Source: Treponema sp.
Lineage (GTDB): Bacteria; Spirochaetota; Spirochaetia; Treponematales; Breznakiellaceae
DNA: 53,187 nucleotides
Assembly (NCBI GenBank): GCA_031290455.1
Contig: JAITNP010000252.1
Span: 1-53,187 of the forward strand
Direction of reading: 5' to 3'
In this document: piece after piece, positions 28,953 through 38,508 of the stretch
Numbering within the stretch: the first letter of the stretch is position 1
Layout of the letters: each line of letters starts with the position of its first letter
Program-made: the position numbers and the translations under genes
The notes under the pieces: model-generated
The model's input: the letters and a program-made list of their open reading frames with translations, nothing else
Databases searched by the model: none
What the model was told of the DNA's origin: nothing

Positions 28953-30032
28953 TTATTGAATTTTCAATGCTGAAAGGGCAATGATCGCGAACAAGCCCCC
29001 GAGAATCCAGAAACGGATAACCACCTTGGTTTCCGCCCAACCGGACAGCTCGAAATGATGATGAAGGGGGGCCATCTTAAACACCCGCTCCTTCCTGATT
29101 TTATAGACCACAACCTGGATAATAACCGAGGCAGCCTCCAGTACAAAGACCCCGCCAACGATAAGGATCAGTATCTCCTTTTTAATGATCAGGGATATGG
29201 TGGCAACCACCCCACCCAGGGACAAGCTTCCCACATCTCCCATGAACACTTCCGCCGGATAGGCATTGAACCACAAGAATCCGACGCAGGCCCCCACCGC
29301 AGCAAGACAGAAGACCGTCAGTTCTCCGGCACCGGTAATATAGGATATCCCCAGGTATGCGGAATAATCGGCCCGCCCCGAAAGGTAGGTGAGGATCGCC
29401 AAGGTGATGAATACCAGGATGAGGAGTCCGGTGGCAAGACCATCAAGACCGTCGGACAAATTAACCGCGTTGGATTCTCCCACCAGGAGCAATACCGCAA
29501 AAGGGATCCACAGGATCCCCAAATCAATGACCGGATTTTTAAAGAAGGGAAGGTACAAGACGGTGATGGTATCTTCCCCTGAAAAATAGAGGATGAGGGT
29601 TATGGTCAGGGCAATGACGAATTGGCCCAGCAGCTTTGCCCAGGCCGGAAGCCCCTCGGAATTATGCCGCTTTACCTTGAGGTCATCATCAATAAATCCG
29701 ATAAAACCAAAGGACATCAAGGCTCCTATGGTAAGCCATACCTTACCATTACCAAAGTCCTGCCAGAGGATCATGGAAAAAAGCACCGAAAGAATGATAA
29801 GTACCCCCCCCATGGTCGGGGTTCCGTCTTTTTTCAGATGGGTTTCGGGACCGTCTTCCCGCACCGATTGCCCTATCTTGAATTTCCGGAGGGCTTCAAT
29901 AATCTTCGGTCCCAACATAAAACATATCAGCAGGGTGGTTAAAGCCGCATAGGCCCCCCGAAAGGTGAGATACTGAAATACATTGAGGGGTGTAAAATAT
30001 TTTACCAACGGATACATGAATTCCAGAAACAC
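28953..30032 (-). CDS. mraY: phospho-N-acetylmuramoyl-pentapeptide transferase MraY
   Basis: 359 aa containing '...AVNLSDGLDGLA...FMGDVGSLSLGG...APLHHHFE'. Confidence 0.97.
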   Translation of the reverse strand: MFLEFMYPLVKYFTPLNVFQYLTFRGAYAALTTLLICFMLGPKIIEALRKFKIGQSVREDGPETHLKKDGTPTMGGVLIILSVLFSMILWQDFGNGKVWLTIGALMSFGFIGFIDDDLKVKRHNSEGLPAWAKLLGQFVIALTITLILYFSGEDTITVLYLPFFKNPVIDLGILWIPFAVLLLVGESNAVNLSDGLDGLATGLLILVFITLAILTYLSGRADYSAYLGISYITGAGELTVFCLAAVGACVGFLWFNAYPAEVFMGDVGSLSLGGVVATISLIIKKEILILIVGGVFVLEAASVIIQVVVYKIRKERVFKMAPLHHHFELSGWAETKVVIRFWILGGLFAIIALSALKIQ

Positions 30033-31466
30033 CTAAAAAACTCCTTGTACCGGTGCGCCGGCGCCCAATACCATGGTAAGTTGTTCCAGCGCGCAGCCCC
30101 TGGAACCCTTTAACAAAACTAAATCCCCCGGACGTATATAATCAGCAAGAAAACGAGATAGGTTCTTTATACTATCGGTATGAAAGCAGGAAATCTTGCG
30201 GAGGCTCCCTTCCAATACCGCCACCGCAGCCTGGGTTTCAGCGCCGAAGAGACAAACCATATCCGCCTTGGAAGCCCTCAAAACCCGGCCAAGCTGTGCA
30301 TGGGCTTCCCCGGTGGCGCTCCCCAATTCCAGCATGGCGCCTATGACATAGATCCGCCTGCCTGGCCACTCAAGGCCATCGCACCAGGCTATGGCTTCCC
30401 CCAGAGACTCAGGATTGGCATTATAACAATCCCGGATCACCGTTACCGGGCCATGGAGGATCTCACTCCGTCCAAAAAGGGGCCTAACCGATGCTAACCC
30501 CGCCCGTATTGCCCCGGAACTCACCGGGACCTCCTGGGCAATGGCGGCAGCGGCCAAGGCATTCCGGAGATTATGCTTCCCCGGCAGGCCAAAATGGACC
30601 GGCACCCTATCCCACATCAGATCCGTACCCCCAAGCCCCTGGTCTATCACTGGTCCCAATGCGCCACAGGAACTAAGGCCATAGTACCTCACCCGGCCCT
30701 TAACCCTCGCGGCAAGGAAATCCCGGTAGGCATCATCCTCAGGGATCAAGGCGGTTTCGTTTCCTGAAAATTCGGAAAAAACAGTTTTTTTCTCCTGAGC
30801 AATTGCTTCTTTACTGCCGAGAATTCCGATATGGGCGGAACCAATATTGGTAATCAGGGCGAGGTGGGGTTTCAGGATCCTCGCCAGCTCCCCTAGCTCA
30901 CCGTTCCGGTTCATACCCATTTCAAAAATCCCCACCTCATGGGCAGCGCGGACCATAAAAACCGACAGGGGAAGCCCGGTTTCGGAATTCAGGTTACCGG
31001 GATTCATCACCACCGCCTTTTCGTTGCCTATCATGGCGGCGGCAATCTCCTTGGTCGTGGTCTTCCCCGATGAACCGGTGATACCGATTCTGAGGAGCCG
31101 GGGAAACTGGGCAAGGTAGACCCTGGCGGCATCCTGGAGGCCCTTGAGGGTATCCTCAACCACCAGGAGTATCCCCTGATGCTCCTGGGCCGCCGTTACA
31201 AGCTCCCAGGCGGGGTCCTCCACCCGGGACCGGGCGACCATGGCCATGGCGGCGCCGGCTTTAAAGGCGGCCTTCACATAGCGATGGCCATCCTGGGCCG
31301 CGCCGTTCAGGGCAACGAAGAGCGTCCCCGGCAGCACCATCCTCGAATCAATGCTCACCGATGAAAACCCCGCATCTTCATTTTGTCCATAAAAGAGGAG
31401 CTGACCTCCCAATGCATCCGGCAGATCCACCGCTTTCATCAGAACCGTGTTATCCATCAATGCCAT
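30033..31466 (-). CDS. murF: UDP-MurNAc-tripeptide--D-Ala-D-Ala ligase MurF
   Basis: 477 aa with the Mur ligase P-loop 'GITGSSGKTTTKE'. Confidence 0.9.
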   Translation of the reverse strand: MALMDNTVLMKAVDLPDALGGQLLFYGQNEDAGFSSVSIDSRMVLPGTLFVALNGAAQDGHRYVKAAFKAGAAMAMVARSRVEDPAWELVTAAQEHQGILLVVEDTLKGLQDAARVYLAQFPRLLRIGITGSSGKTTTKEIAAAMIGNEKAVVMNPGNLNSETGLPLSVFMVRAAHEVGIFEMGMNRNGELGELARILKPHLALITNIGSAHIGILGSKEAIAQEKKTVFSEFSGNETALIPEDDAYRDFLAARVKGRVRYYGLSSCGALGPVIDQGLGGTDLMWDRVPVHFGLPGKHNLRNALAAAAIAQEVPVSSGAIRAGLASVRPLFGRSEILHGPVTVIRDCYNANPESLGEAIAWCDGLEWPGRRIYVIGAMLELGSATGEAHAQLGRVLRASKADMVCLFGAETQAAVAVLEGSLRKISCFHTDSIKNLSRFLADYIRPGDLVLLKGSRGCALEQLTMVLGAGAPVQGVF

Positions 31467-31746
31467 TGCTGCTCCCCTGGATCCGAATTTGCAACACCCG
31501 CTCAGGCTTTACCTTTGAAAGCCCCAGTTCATATATGGCGATATATTCGATCCGTTCCGATGCGGACAGCACCGCGATTCCTTCAATAAGGCTCTTATTG
31601 CTTTTCACCCATTCCTTTTGCTCAATTTCAAGCCGTGCTACGTCCTTTTCTATATCCGCGTACTGGACCGAATGCCAAACCACCAGGGCCAAACAAATGG
31701 GTATGGTGAGGGTCATAACATATAACAAGATATACCGCCTCATCAT
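31450..31746 (-). CDS. ftsL: FtsL-like small bitopic division protein
   Basis: 98 aa with a single TM followed by a coiled coil. It sits between rsmH and murF and overlaps both. Confidence 0.6.
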   Translation of the reverse strand: MMRRYILLYVMTLTIPICLALVVWHSVQYADIEKDVARLEIEQKEWVKSNKSLIEGIAVLSASERIEYIAIYELGLSKVKPERVLQIRIQGSSNGIDG

Positions 31747-32690
31747 ACCCCATCTCCATCCAACACTTTTTCAACCACCCGCAATCGGGCGCTTCGGGAA
31801 GGTGGATTGTTCCGTATTTCCTCCGCCTGCGGAACAACCCCTTTGGGGGTTACGAGATTAACCTTCCGGTGTCCCCCACAGCGACATACCGGCTCATGAG
31901 GCGGACAGGTACAATCCTTGTGCCCCTCCCGGAAAAAATTTTTCACTATCCGGTCTTCCAAGGAATGAAAGCTCATGACCCCCATACGCCCCCCTGGTTT
32001 AAGGGCCGCTAAAGCCCCTTCCAGCAGCTCCGGAAGCCGGGCAAGTTCTCCATTCACCTCGATCCGCAGCGCCTGAAAGGTCCTGGTTGCCGGGTGGATA
32101 GGACCATGCCGGTAATGAGCCGGGACCGCCCACGCCACAATCTCCGCAAGGGCAACGGAACTGGTTATGGTTCCCCGGGATCTGGCCTCCGTAATACCCC
32201 GGGCAATACGCCGGGCATACCGCTCCTCGGCGTTATAATACAAAAGATCCGCCAAATCTTTTTCGGAAAGATTGGCAATCAGGGCCGCCGCGCCACAGCC
32301 CCTGGCCGGATCAAGCCGCATATCCAGGGCTTCATCTTTCATAAAGCTGAACCCCCGCCCCCCCCGCTCATAGTGATACCGGCTCACCCCTAAATCTATA
32401 AGTATGGTATCCAGCCTGGCAGAGGGACCATCCGCAAAAAAATCATGGGACCATCCCGCATAAAAACAAACCCGGTCACCAAAAACCTTAAGCCGTTCCC
32501 GGGCTACCCCCTGTATATCCGGATCCGCGTCAATGCCAATAACCTGTAAATTCGGAAACCGGGATAAAAAAGCATAACTATGCCCTCCTTCCCCAAGGGT
32601 GGCATCCACCATGAGTTCCCCTGCCGAACGCGGGGCAAGGAATTGGATTGTCTCTTCCAGTAAAACCGGAGTATGCGCCACTTCCTCCAA
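31743..32690 (-). CDS. rsmH: 16S rRNA m4C1402 methyltransferase RsmH (MraW)
   Basis: 315 aa with 'HTPVLLEE' and 'DATLGEGGHS'. Apparent TTG start at 32690; GTG at 32681 is an alternative. Confidence 0.92.
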   Translation of the reverse strand: MEEVAHTPVLLEETIQFLAPRSAGELMVDATLGEGGHSYAFLSRFPNLQVIGIDADPDIQGVARERLKVFGDRVCFYAGWSHDFFADGPSARLDTILIDLGVSRYHYERGGRGFSFMKDEALDMRLDPARGCGAAALIANLSEKDLADLLYYNAEERYARRIARGITEARSRGTITSSVALAEIVAWAVPAHYRHGPIHPATRTFQALRIEVNGELARLPELLEGALAALKPGGRMGVMSFHSLEDRIVKNFFREGHKDCTCPPHEPVCRCGGHRKVNLVTPKGVVPQAEEIRNNPPSRSARLRVVEKVLDGDGV

Positions 32691-32722
32691 ATTATTTATT
32701 CCATTTTTTACCGCTCAGTTAC

Positions 32723-32750
32723 ATTATTATACAGAAGATTATACAGTCAA
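32723..32750 (-). promoter_or_regulatory. candidate promoter TTGACT-16-AATAAT for the rsmH/dcw operon
   Basis: On the minus strand: ttgact (32750-32745) and aataat (32728-32723), downstream of the flaA-like terminator. Confidence 0.4.
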
Positions 32751-32783
32751 TACTCAAAAGCCTGAAAGAAGGGAATTTGCTAC

Positions 32784-32830
32784 AAAAAAAGAGGAGTGGA
32801 AGCATCGCATAATGCAAAACTCCCCTCCTC
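32784..32830 (-). terminator. rho-independent terminator candidate after the flaA-like gene
   Basis: The minus strand reads GAGGAGGGGA...(loop)...CCACTCCTC followed by TTTTTTT (A7 at 32784-32790 on the plus strand). The stem is 6+2 bp with one mismatch. Confidence 0.5.
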
Positions 32831-32905
32831 CCTTTTACTTTAAACAACCCGTAATTTTGGCGGGTGATTACCTCCCCGCCAATCCAATATCAAACCGCTC
32901 GGCTT

Positions 32906-33628
32906 CTACCACGAATCAAGCATATCGTCGGGATCCCGGCTATCCTCTGCAAAAAGGTCCGTAACAGCCCGGAGATCATCCAAGTAGAGATAATAAGAAC
33001 CAATGGTTTCGGTGGGATCACAATCAACCCTGAACCCGGTAATCTTAATACCCAACTGATTAGTATAGTGGTAATTGCGTTGCACAATACCATTTCTACC
33101 ATCTTCCGTCTGAGGAGGAATCGCCACGGTCAGCTTTTTCCAGCCCTGAAAATTCAAAGTCCCCAGGGAGAGTTCAAAAGGACGGCCAAAATAATCCTGA
33201 ATTAATAATTTCAATTCATGATTGTAGTTACGCCCAACCACCCATACGGAAACGGTCTTGGTAATGCCCTCAATCGGAATAGGCCGGCGCGGATAGAGGG
33301 TAAAACTGCTATGTCCCCGATGGAGAAAGTCAACCCTGGTACCCAATACATACCGATCAGGAATATCAAGATCCGCCTCTTCCTCCAAGGCCTGCTTATC
33401 CGCCGGGCTTCCCTCAAAGAGACGGCTCACTACATAACCCGCCTCCGCAGACATGGTGGAATGCCAATATCCCTCATGTTCAAACTTATCAACCGAAACT
33501 TCCTTAAGCCGCTGTTGAGCCGTATCAATTCCGAGCCGGCTCGAGTCCCCAGCGCCAACCTCTTCATTTTGCGCAAACAAAATCCCCGTTACAACCAATA
33601 AGGCTATGCCAATAATATATCGCTTCAT
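32906..33628 (-). CDS. flagellar filament outer-layer (sheath) protein, FlaA paralogue
   Basis: 240 aa with a signal peptide and FlaA-family pattern 'VDKFEHEGYW...FQGWKKLTVAIP...IKITGFRVDCDP...YYLYLDDLRAVTDLF'. Confidence 0.75.
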   Translation of the reverse strand: MKRYIIGIALLVVTGILFAQNEEVGAGDSSRLGIDTAQQRLKEVSVDKFEHEGYWHSTMSAEAGYVVSRLFEGSPADKQALEEEADLDIPDRYVLGTRVDFLHRGHSSFTLYPRRPIPIEGITKTVSVWVVGRNYNHELKLLIQDYFGRPFELSLGTLNFQGWKKLTVAIPPQTEDGRNGIVQRNYHYTNQLGIKITGFRVDCDPTETIGSYYLYLDDLRAVTDLFAEDSRDPDDMLDSW

Positions 33629-34380
33629 TCAGCAGCCTCCTCCGCATTCCAGAGTTCCTGCACCCGGGCAGGATTCGCCAGCTCATCGCCGTCGTATGGA
33701 GCTTCAAAGGTATCCGTCAGTACCTTGAACTGATCAAAATAAATGTAGAAATTATCTACCTGTTCGTTCGGTTGGGTCCAGATACGGAACTTGATAAAGG
33801 TTAAAGGCGCAAGCCGGGGGAGCACCTTTTTAGCCTGGGGGATACTCGAAGGTATTGCAACCTGCAAGTTTTTCCAGCCTTCATAGGCAATGCTACCCAA
33901 TTTGACCGTATACACCCGTCCCTGGTAATCCCTAAAGTAGGCTTCTATGTAGTATTTGAGATTTGATCCCCATACCCACATATCCACGTACCGAACCCGG
34001 CCCGGAATCGGAATTTCAACCGCCTCCGCGTCTTCCTCGCCACCTGCGGCTACCGGGTATACATCAACCCAGTTATACCCGCGCCGATCAAAGCGGCCCC
34101 ATATACCGAGACTCTTAAGGTCCTGCTCATCCCGATTAGAACCAAAAAGCGCCGCAGGCCATGTCGCAACATACGTCACCTTTGGAAATGTTTCCTCATC
34201 GGTCTTGGTGGCGAATTTACTCGCACTAACCTTCCAATCATAAACCGACTCATCGGTATGATCAAAGGTCTCCAAAACAATGGATTCGAGAGCGACGGCG
34301 TTCTCATCACCAAAAGCTGATAATACTGCTATACATGCCAAAAGAATAAGGCAAATAGCCCTGAAACTGCCATGTTTCAT
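33625..34380 (-). CDS. flaA: flagellar filament outer-layer (sheath) protein FlaA
   Basis: 251 aa with a signal peptide and '...YEGWKNLQVAIPSSI...FIKFRIWTQP...FYIYFDQFKVLTDTFEAPYDGDEL...VQELW'. Confidence 0.85.
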   Translation of the reverse strand: MKHGSFRAICLILLACIAVLSAFGDENAVALESIVLETFDHTDESVYDWKVSASKFATKTDEETFPKVTYVATWPAALFGSNRDEQDLKSLGIWGRFDRRGYNWVDVYPVAAGGEEDAEAVEIPIPGRVRYVDMWVWGSNLKYYIEAYFRDYQGRVYTVKLGSIAYEGWKNLQVAIPSSIPQAKKVLPRLAPLTFIKFRIWTQPNEQVDNFYIYFDQFKVLTDTFEAPYDGDELANPARVQELWNAEEAAE

Positions 34381-34428
34381 CCCATACTCCTTTTCTATAT
34401 TAATCGTTGGGAAGTAAAGTCTAGTAGT

Positions 34429-34457
34429 AGTATATCATCTTCTTTGATTTTTGTCAA
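34429..34457 (-). promoter_or_regulatory. consensus sigma70-type promoter TTGACA-17-TATACT for flaA
   Basis: On the minus strand: ttgaca (34457-34452) and tatact (34434-34429), with SD aaaaggag before the ATG at 34380. Confidence 0.6.
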
Positions 34458-34611
34458 ACCCTTACAAGCAATATTACCTACATTATTTCAATTCCTAACG
34501 ATTTTTTTTCGAGCCCTCAGGCTGCTTACTCCTATAAAAAGGCATCCACGCCCCTCTATAATCAACATCTACTTGTATGTGCTGCATCGCATCTTTTTAT
34601 GCATCACTGCC

Positions 34612-35517
34612 TTAGTTACGCATCACCTCTTTTAAATTCCGTAAAACCTCCTTATTCGATAGCCTCCGTGCCGGAAATAACATTTCCGAGGGAATATACC
34701 CCTCCCCTTCTTTCCAAACCGCCCCGCTGACCGCCCCGGCAGCTAATGCCCACGGGGAATCATCAAATATCAGTTTGATCCCTGTTGCGGTCAAATTCGG
34801 GTCTACCCAGGAAAAAAGAATAACCGGAGTCTTGAGATTCCGCTCAAGAAAAGCGGATACCCGCTCAATCATAACCACACAGGCAATATTTTTTATATCG
34901 GAATAATCCGATGTACTGTTTACATATATAGGCTCCTGCTCAAACCCCTGTTCCCGCATACCCGCAAGAAATCGCTGCTTATAGGCTGCGGAAAACTCCC
35001 GGTTCTGGAAAAAGAGGATCCCCCTACCCTGGGGGGCCTGATCCTCCGGGGGCCCCTGCCCCAGGGCAAGGATCGCGGCGCAACGCCCTGCCCGGTAAAA
35101 ATCCGTTTCCACATCGGTCCCGATAAAGACCGCCTTCTCCAGCCCCGGGTCACGATTCCGTCCCCCCAGCACGATCACCGGTACCCGAGGAAATCGCTCC
35201 GCATACCCTTCAGCCCCCTCGTAATAGCGGTAGGGAAACAAGACGCAATAGGGATCCCGGGCTTTTTCTTCCACCGCAAAGGCCACCATCTCAGGCTCGG
35301 CATTATCGGCCACGAGGACCGGCTTGACCTGCCGAAAAAGCTTAAGGGAAGCCTCAATACGTTTTACCTGGGCCCTCCTGAGACCGTAGAGCGCATTAAA
35401 CGAAGCGTCGGTAACCAGTAGCACCGGAGCGCGCAGGAAAAACATCCCCCCGCCCAGGACAATCACCAAAGCCATACCCCCAAAAATGTAGCGGTTCTTA
35501 AGCCCACGGATCTCCAT
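34612..35517 (-). CDS. hypothetical membrane-anchored protein
   Basis: Start taken at the internal ATG 35517 ('MEIRGLKNRYIFGGMALVIVLGGGMFF...'), because the longer ORF would overlap the divergent fba start. One N-terminal TM; family not recognised. Confidence 0.5.
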   Translation of the reverse strand: MEIRGLKNRYIFGGMALVIVLGGGMFFLRAPVLLVTDASFNALYGLRRAQVKRIEASLKLFRQVKPVLVADNAEPEMVAFAVEEKARDPYCVLFPYRYYEGAEGYAERFPRVPVIVLGGRNRDPGLEKAVFIGTDVETDFYRAGRCAAILALGQGPPEDQAPQGRGILFFQNREFSAAYKQRFLAGMREQGFEQEPIYVNSTSDYSDIKNIACVVMIERVSAFLERNLKTPVILFSWVDPNLTATGIKLIFDDSPWALAAGAVSGAVWKEGEGYIPSEMLFPARRLSNKEVLRNLKEVMRN

Positions 35518-35592
35518 GCTTGCATCATACCGGTATAGACAATTCGGATCAAGACCGATAAAATGAAGCGTATTATTATTTAAGGAGTTTAT

Positions 35593-36591
35593 ATGACCAG
35601 TTATACCGAATTGGGCCTTGTCAATACCGTAGCATTGTTTAAGAAGGCGGTAAGCGGCGGTTATGCACTTCCGGCCTACAATTTTAACAATATGGAACAA
35701 CTGCAGGCCATTATCCAGGCCTGTGTCGAGACCAAATCACCGGTGATCTTACAGGTCTCCGCAGGAGCCCGAAAATACGCCAACCAGAATCTCTTGAAAA
35801 ACATGGCAAAGGGCGCCGTTGAATATGCCCACGAACTGGGGTATGACATCCCCATTGTGCTGCACCTGGATCACGGGGACAGCTTTGAGCTGTGCAAGGA
35901 CTGTATCGAAACGGGGTTTTCTTCCGTTATGATTGACGGCTCCCACCTTTCCTATAATGAAAACGTGGCCTTAACCAAGAAGGTCTGTGAATTTGCCCAT
36001 GCCCAGCGGGATTATGTAACGGTGGAAGGGGAACTCGGCGTGCTTGCCGGGGTTGAAGATGAGGTCTCCGCCGAGCACAGCCATTATACCCAGCCCGCTG
36101 AGGTAGAAGATTTTGTGGGTAAAACCAAGGTGGATTCCCTGGCTATTTCCATTGGCACGAGCCATGGCCGGGCAAAATTCAAACCCGAACAGTGCACCCG
36201 GGACGCCAACGGCATCCTCATCCCACCGGAACTCCGCTTTGACATTCTGGATGAGATCGAGAAAAGGATCCCCGGTTTCCCCATTGTCCTCCATGGTTCT
36301 TCCTCAGTACCGATTGAATATGTAAAGATGATCGAACAATACGGCGGAAAACTGACCGATTCCGTGGGTATCCCCGAGGGGCAGCTTCGGAAGGCCGCCA
36401 AGAGCGCGGTCTGCAAGATCAACATCGACTCCGACGGACGGCTGGCCATGACCGCCCTCCTCCGCAAGGTCTTTGCGGAAAAGCCCGATGAGTTTGACCC
36501 TCGGAAATACCTGGGACCAGCCCGGGATGAGCTGAAAAAGCTCTATACCCACAAGAACATCAACGTCCTCGGCTCCGCAGGAAAAGCGTAA
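35593..36591 (+). CDS. fba: class II fructose-1,6-bisphosphate aldolase
   Basis: 332 aa with 'PVILQVS', 'VLHLDHG' and 'ISIGTSHG'. Confidence 0.92.
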   Translation: MTSYTELGLVNTVALFKKAVSGGYALPAYNFNNMEQLQAIIQACVETKSPVILQVSAGARKYANQNLLKNMAKGAVEYAHELGYDIPIVLHLDHGDSFELCKDCIETGFSSVMIDGSHLSYNENVALTKKVCEFAHAQRDYVTVEGELGVLAGVEDEVSAEHSHYTQPAEVEDFVGKTKVDSLAISIGTSHGRAKFKPEQCTRDANGILIPPELRFDILDEIEKRIPGFPIVLHGSSSVPIEYVKMIEQYGGKLTDSVGIPEGQLRKAAKSAVCKINIDSDGRLAMTALLRKVFAEKPDEFDPRKYLGPARDELKKLYTHKNINVLGSAGKA

Positions 36592-36603
36592 ACAAGGAGG
36601 AAA

Positions 36604-36625
36604 GAGGAATGGAAAAACATTCCTC
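36604..36625. terminator. hairpin between convergent fba and membrane-protein genes
   Basis: GAGGAATG (36604-36611), a 6-nt loop, then CATTCCTC (36618-36625): a perfect 8-bp stem. A T-rich tract follows only on the minus-strand reading. Confidence 0.4.
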
Positions 36626-37280
36626 ACTCCCCTTTCCTCACCCCTCCCTGATAGTACCCGTATCCTATGGCGGTGAGCAGGGGCAGCATGGTAATAGTAA
36701 ACAAAACAAAGCCCTGGAACGATTTGTGCGCAAAGAAGGTCCAATAGGTGGTAGTCGCCATACAGGGGAGTGCTAGTATGCCTGAAAGGGTAGGGATGAT
36801 CAGGAGGGGTTTTCTCTGGGCAATTGATTGCGCCATGAGTTGTATGAAAAAGGGGATTCCCACGGCCACGGCGGTCCAGAGGAGGGGTACGAGGACGAGG
36901 AGGAGGGGATCCTTGTGGGCAATCCAGTCTATGGTCCGGATGGCAGCCCCGGGAATGAGCCAGAGAAGGGCAAAATTCGTAAAATCCGCAGCACTGGCGG
37001 CAGCCCCGAAGGGCATTAACAGGAGGCACACCACTAAGGGGAGTACTGCTGGCAGGCCGACGATATCAATACCGGCGCTTATCCATCGGGATACCCCAAA
37101 CCCTCCTGGTTCGATAAAAGAGCCGAGGAAAAACTGAACCAGGGCAACGATGCTTCCCAAAAGGAGCGCCCAGATACCGCCGGAACCGGCGCCGGTCCTC
37201 CCTGATGACAGGGACAGCCAAAACAGATAAAACAGGGGCATCCAGAGCAGGCAGAAAAGGCGCATGCCATACTCTACCAC
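36624..37280 (-). CDS. hypothetical polytopic membrane protein
   Basis: 218 aa with about 6 hydrophobic segments. Family not recognised. Confidence 0.5.
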   Translation of the reverse strand: MVEYGMRLFCLLWMPLFYLFWLSLSSGRTGAGSGGIWALLLGSIVALVQFFLGSFIEPGGFGVSRWISAGIDIVGLPAVLPLVVCLLLMPFGAAASAADFTNFALLWLIPGAAIRTIDWIAHKDPLLLVLVPLLWTAVAVGIPFFIQLMAQSIAQRKPLLIIPTLSGILALPCMATTTYWTFFAHKSFQGFVLFTITMLPLLTAIGYGYYQGGVRKGE

Positions 37281-37317
37281 ATCCGGCGGAAGCTCCGCAA
37301 GATTATGGTGGAGGGGG

Positions 37318-37347
37318 TGGACAAAAGCCGTGGATATCTACTATACT
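37318..37347 (+). promoter_or_regulatory. candidate promoter TGGACA-18-TATACT for infC-rpmI-rplT
   Basis: tggaca at 37318-37323 and tatact at 37342-37347. This places the transcription start downstream of the 37305 ORF start. Confidence 0.4.
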
Positions 37348-37403
37348 TATGGTTAAGTGATCGGCGCATGTCCCGTTGTGCCGGGAACCAACGAGGAGGT
37401 CAG

Positions 37404-37922
37404 TTGGCGGATAAGGATTTACGGATTAATGAACAGATTCGAGTGCGGGAGGTTCGCCTCATTCGGGATGAAGGCGGACAGCAGGGGATTATTGCTACTC
37501 TCGAAGCCCTCGCAATTGCTAAAGAACAGGGTCTTGATCTTGTGGAAGTCGCTCCCCAGGCGAGTCCACCGGTGGTTAAGATCATGGATTATGGTAAGTT
37601 CAAATTCGAGAATGAAAAGAAGGTCCGGGATTCAAAAAAGAAGCAAAAATTGCTTAAATTAAAAGAAATCCGTATGCAGCCGAAAATTGACGAACATGAT
37701 ATGGATTTCAAATCGAAGCATGTTCGGGAATTTCTTGCCGAAGGCAATAAGGTCAAGGTAACGGTTCGCTTCAGAGGCCGGGAACTTGCCCATACCGAAC
37801 TGGGATTAGAGGTCCTGAAAGACGTTTTGAAACGTATTGAAGGGGAATATGTGATGGATAAGGCGCCGGCAATGGAAGGTCGGTTCATGTCCATGGTATT
37901 AAGCCCTAAGACTAAGAAATAG
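37404..37922 (+). CDS. infC: translation initiation factor IF-3
   Basis: '...[25 protein letters not shown]...[13 protein letters not shown]'. The 5' end is set at the in-frame TTG 37404, preceded by GAGGAGG, giving 172 aa. ATG 37368 is the alternative. Confidence 0.85.
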   Translation: MADKDLRINEQIRVREVRLIRDEGGQQGIIATLEALAIAKEQGLDLVEVAPQASPPVVKIMDYGKFKFENEKKVRDSKKKQKLLKLKEIRMQPKIDEHDMDFKSKHVREFLAEGNKVKVTVRFRGRELAHTELGLEVLKDVLKRIEGEYVMDKAPAMEGRFMSMVLSPKTKK

Positions 37923-37932
37923 AGGATGCGTC

Positions 37933-38133
37933 ATGCCAAAAATGAAGACCAAGAAGAGTGCCGCCAAGCGATACTCTTTCACTGGGACTGGTAAGGTAAA
38001 GTACAAGAAACAAAACCTTCGTCATATTCTTACCAAGAAGTCCAGTAAACGGAAACGGAATCTCCGTCATGCCGGTATATTGTCAGCGGATAATGTGTCG
38101 GCCATCAAAAAAAGACTGTTACCCTACGGATAG
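37933..38133 (+). CDS. rpmI: 50S ribosomal protein L35
   Basis: 66 aa starting '[14 protein letters not shown]'. Confidence 0.95.
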   Translation: MPKMKTKKSAAKRYSFTGTGKVKYKKQNLRHILTKKSSKRKRNLRHAGILSADNVSAIKKRLLPYG

Positions 38134-38147
38134 CGAGGAGGAGTGGT

Positions 38148-38507
38148 ATGTCACGAGCAGTAGATGGTTCAAGAAGAAAGGACCACCGGAAAAAGATACT
38201 GAAACAGGCAAAGGGGTATTGGGGCCGCCGGCATTCGAACTATAAAACCGCTAAAGACGCGGTTACCAAGGGGCTTTCCTATGCGTACCGGGACCGGAAG
38301 GATCGGAAGGGAGACTTTCGTCAAATCTGGATCATCCGTATTAACGCGGCCAGTCGAGCGGAGGGGCTTTCCTATTCCCGGCTGGTAGAGGGGCTTAATA
38401 AGGCGGGGGTAACCATTAACCGGAAAGCCTTGGCGTTCCTGGCGGTGGAGGATACCGGGGCTTTTAAGGCCGTGGTAGCCCAGGCTCAAGCGGCATTGAG
38501 GGCGTAA
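38148..38507 (+). CDS. rplT: 50S ribosomal protein L20
   Basis: 119 aa containing '...KKILKQAKGYWGRR...YAYRDRKDRKGDFRQIWIIRINAA'. Confidence 0.95.
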   Translation: MSRAVDGSRRKDHRKKILKQAKGYWGRRHSNYKTAKDAVTKGLSYAYRDRKDRKGDFRQIWIIRINAASRAEGLSYSRLVEGLNKAGVTINRKALAFLAVEDTGAFKAVVAQAQAALRA

Positions 38508-38508
38508 C

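Noticed and set aside
36304-37029. 241-aa minus-strand ORF spanning the fba 3' end and the membrane-protein gene.
   Set aside because: It overlaps fba antisense and the better-supported polytopic membrane ORF (36624-37280). Its composition is Pro/Arg/His-rich.
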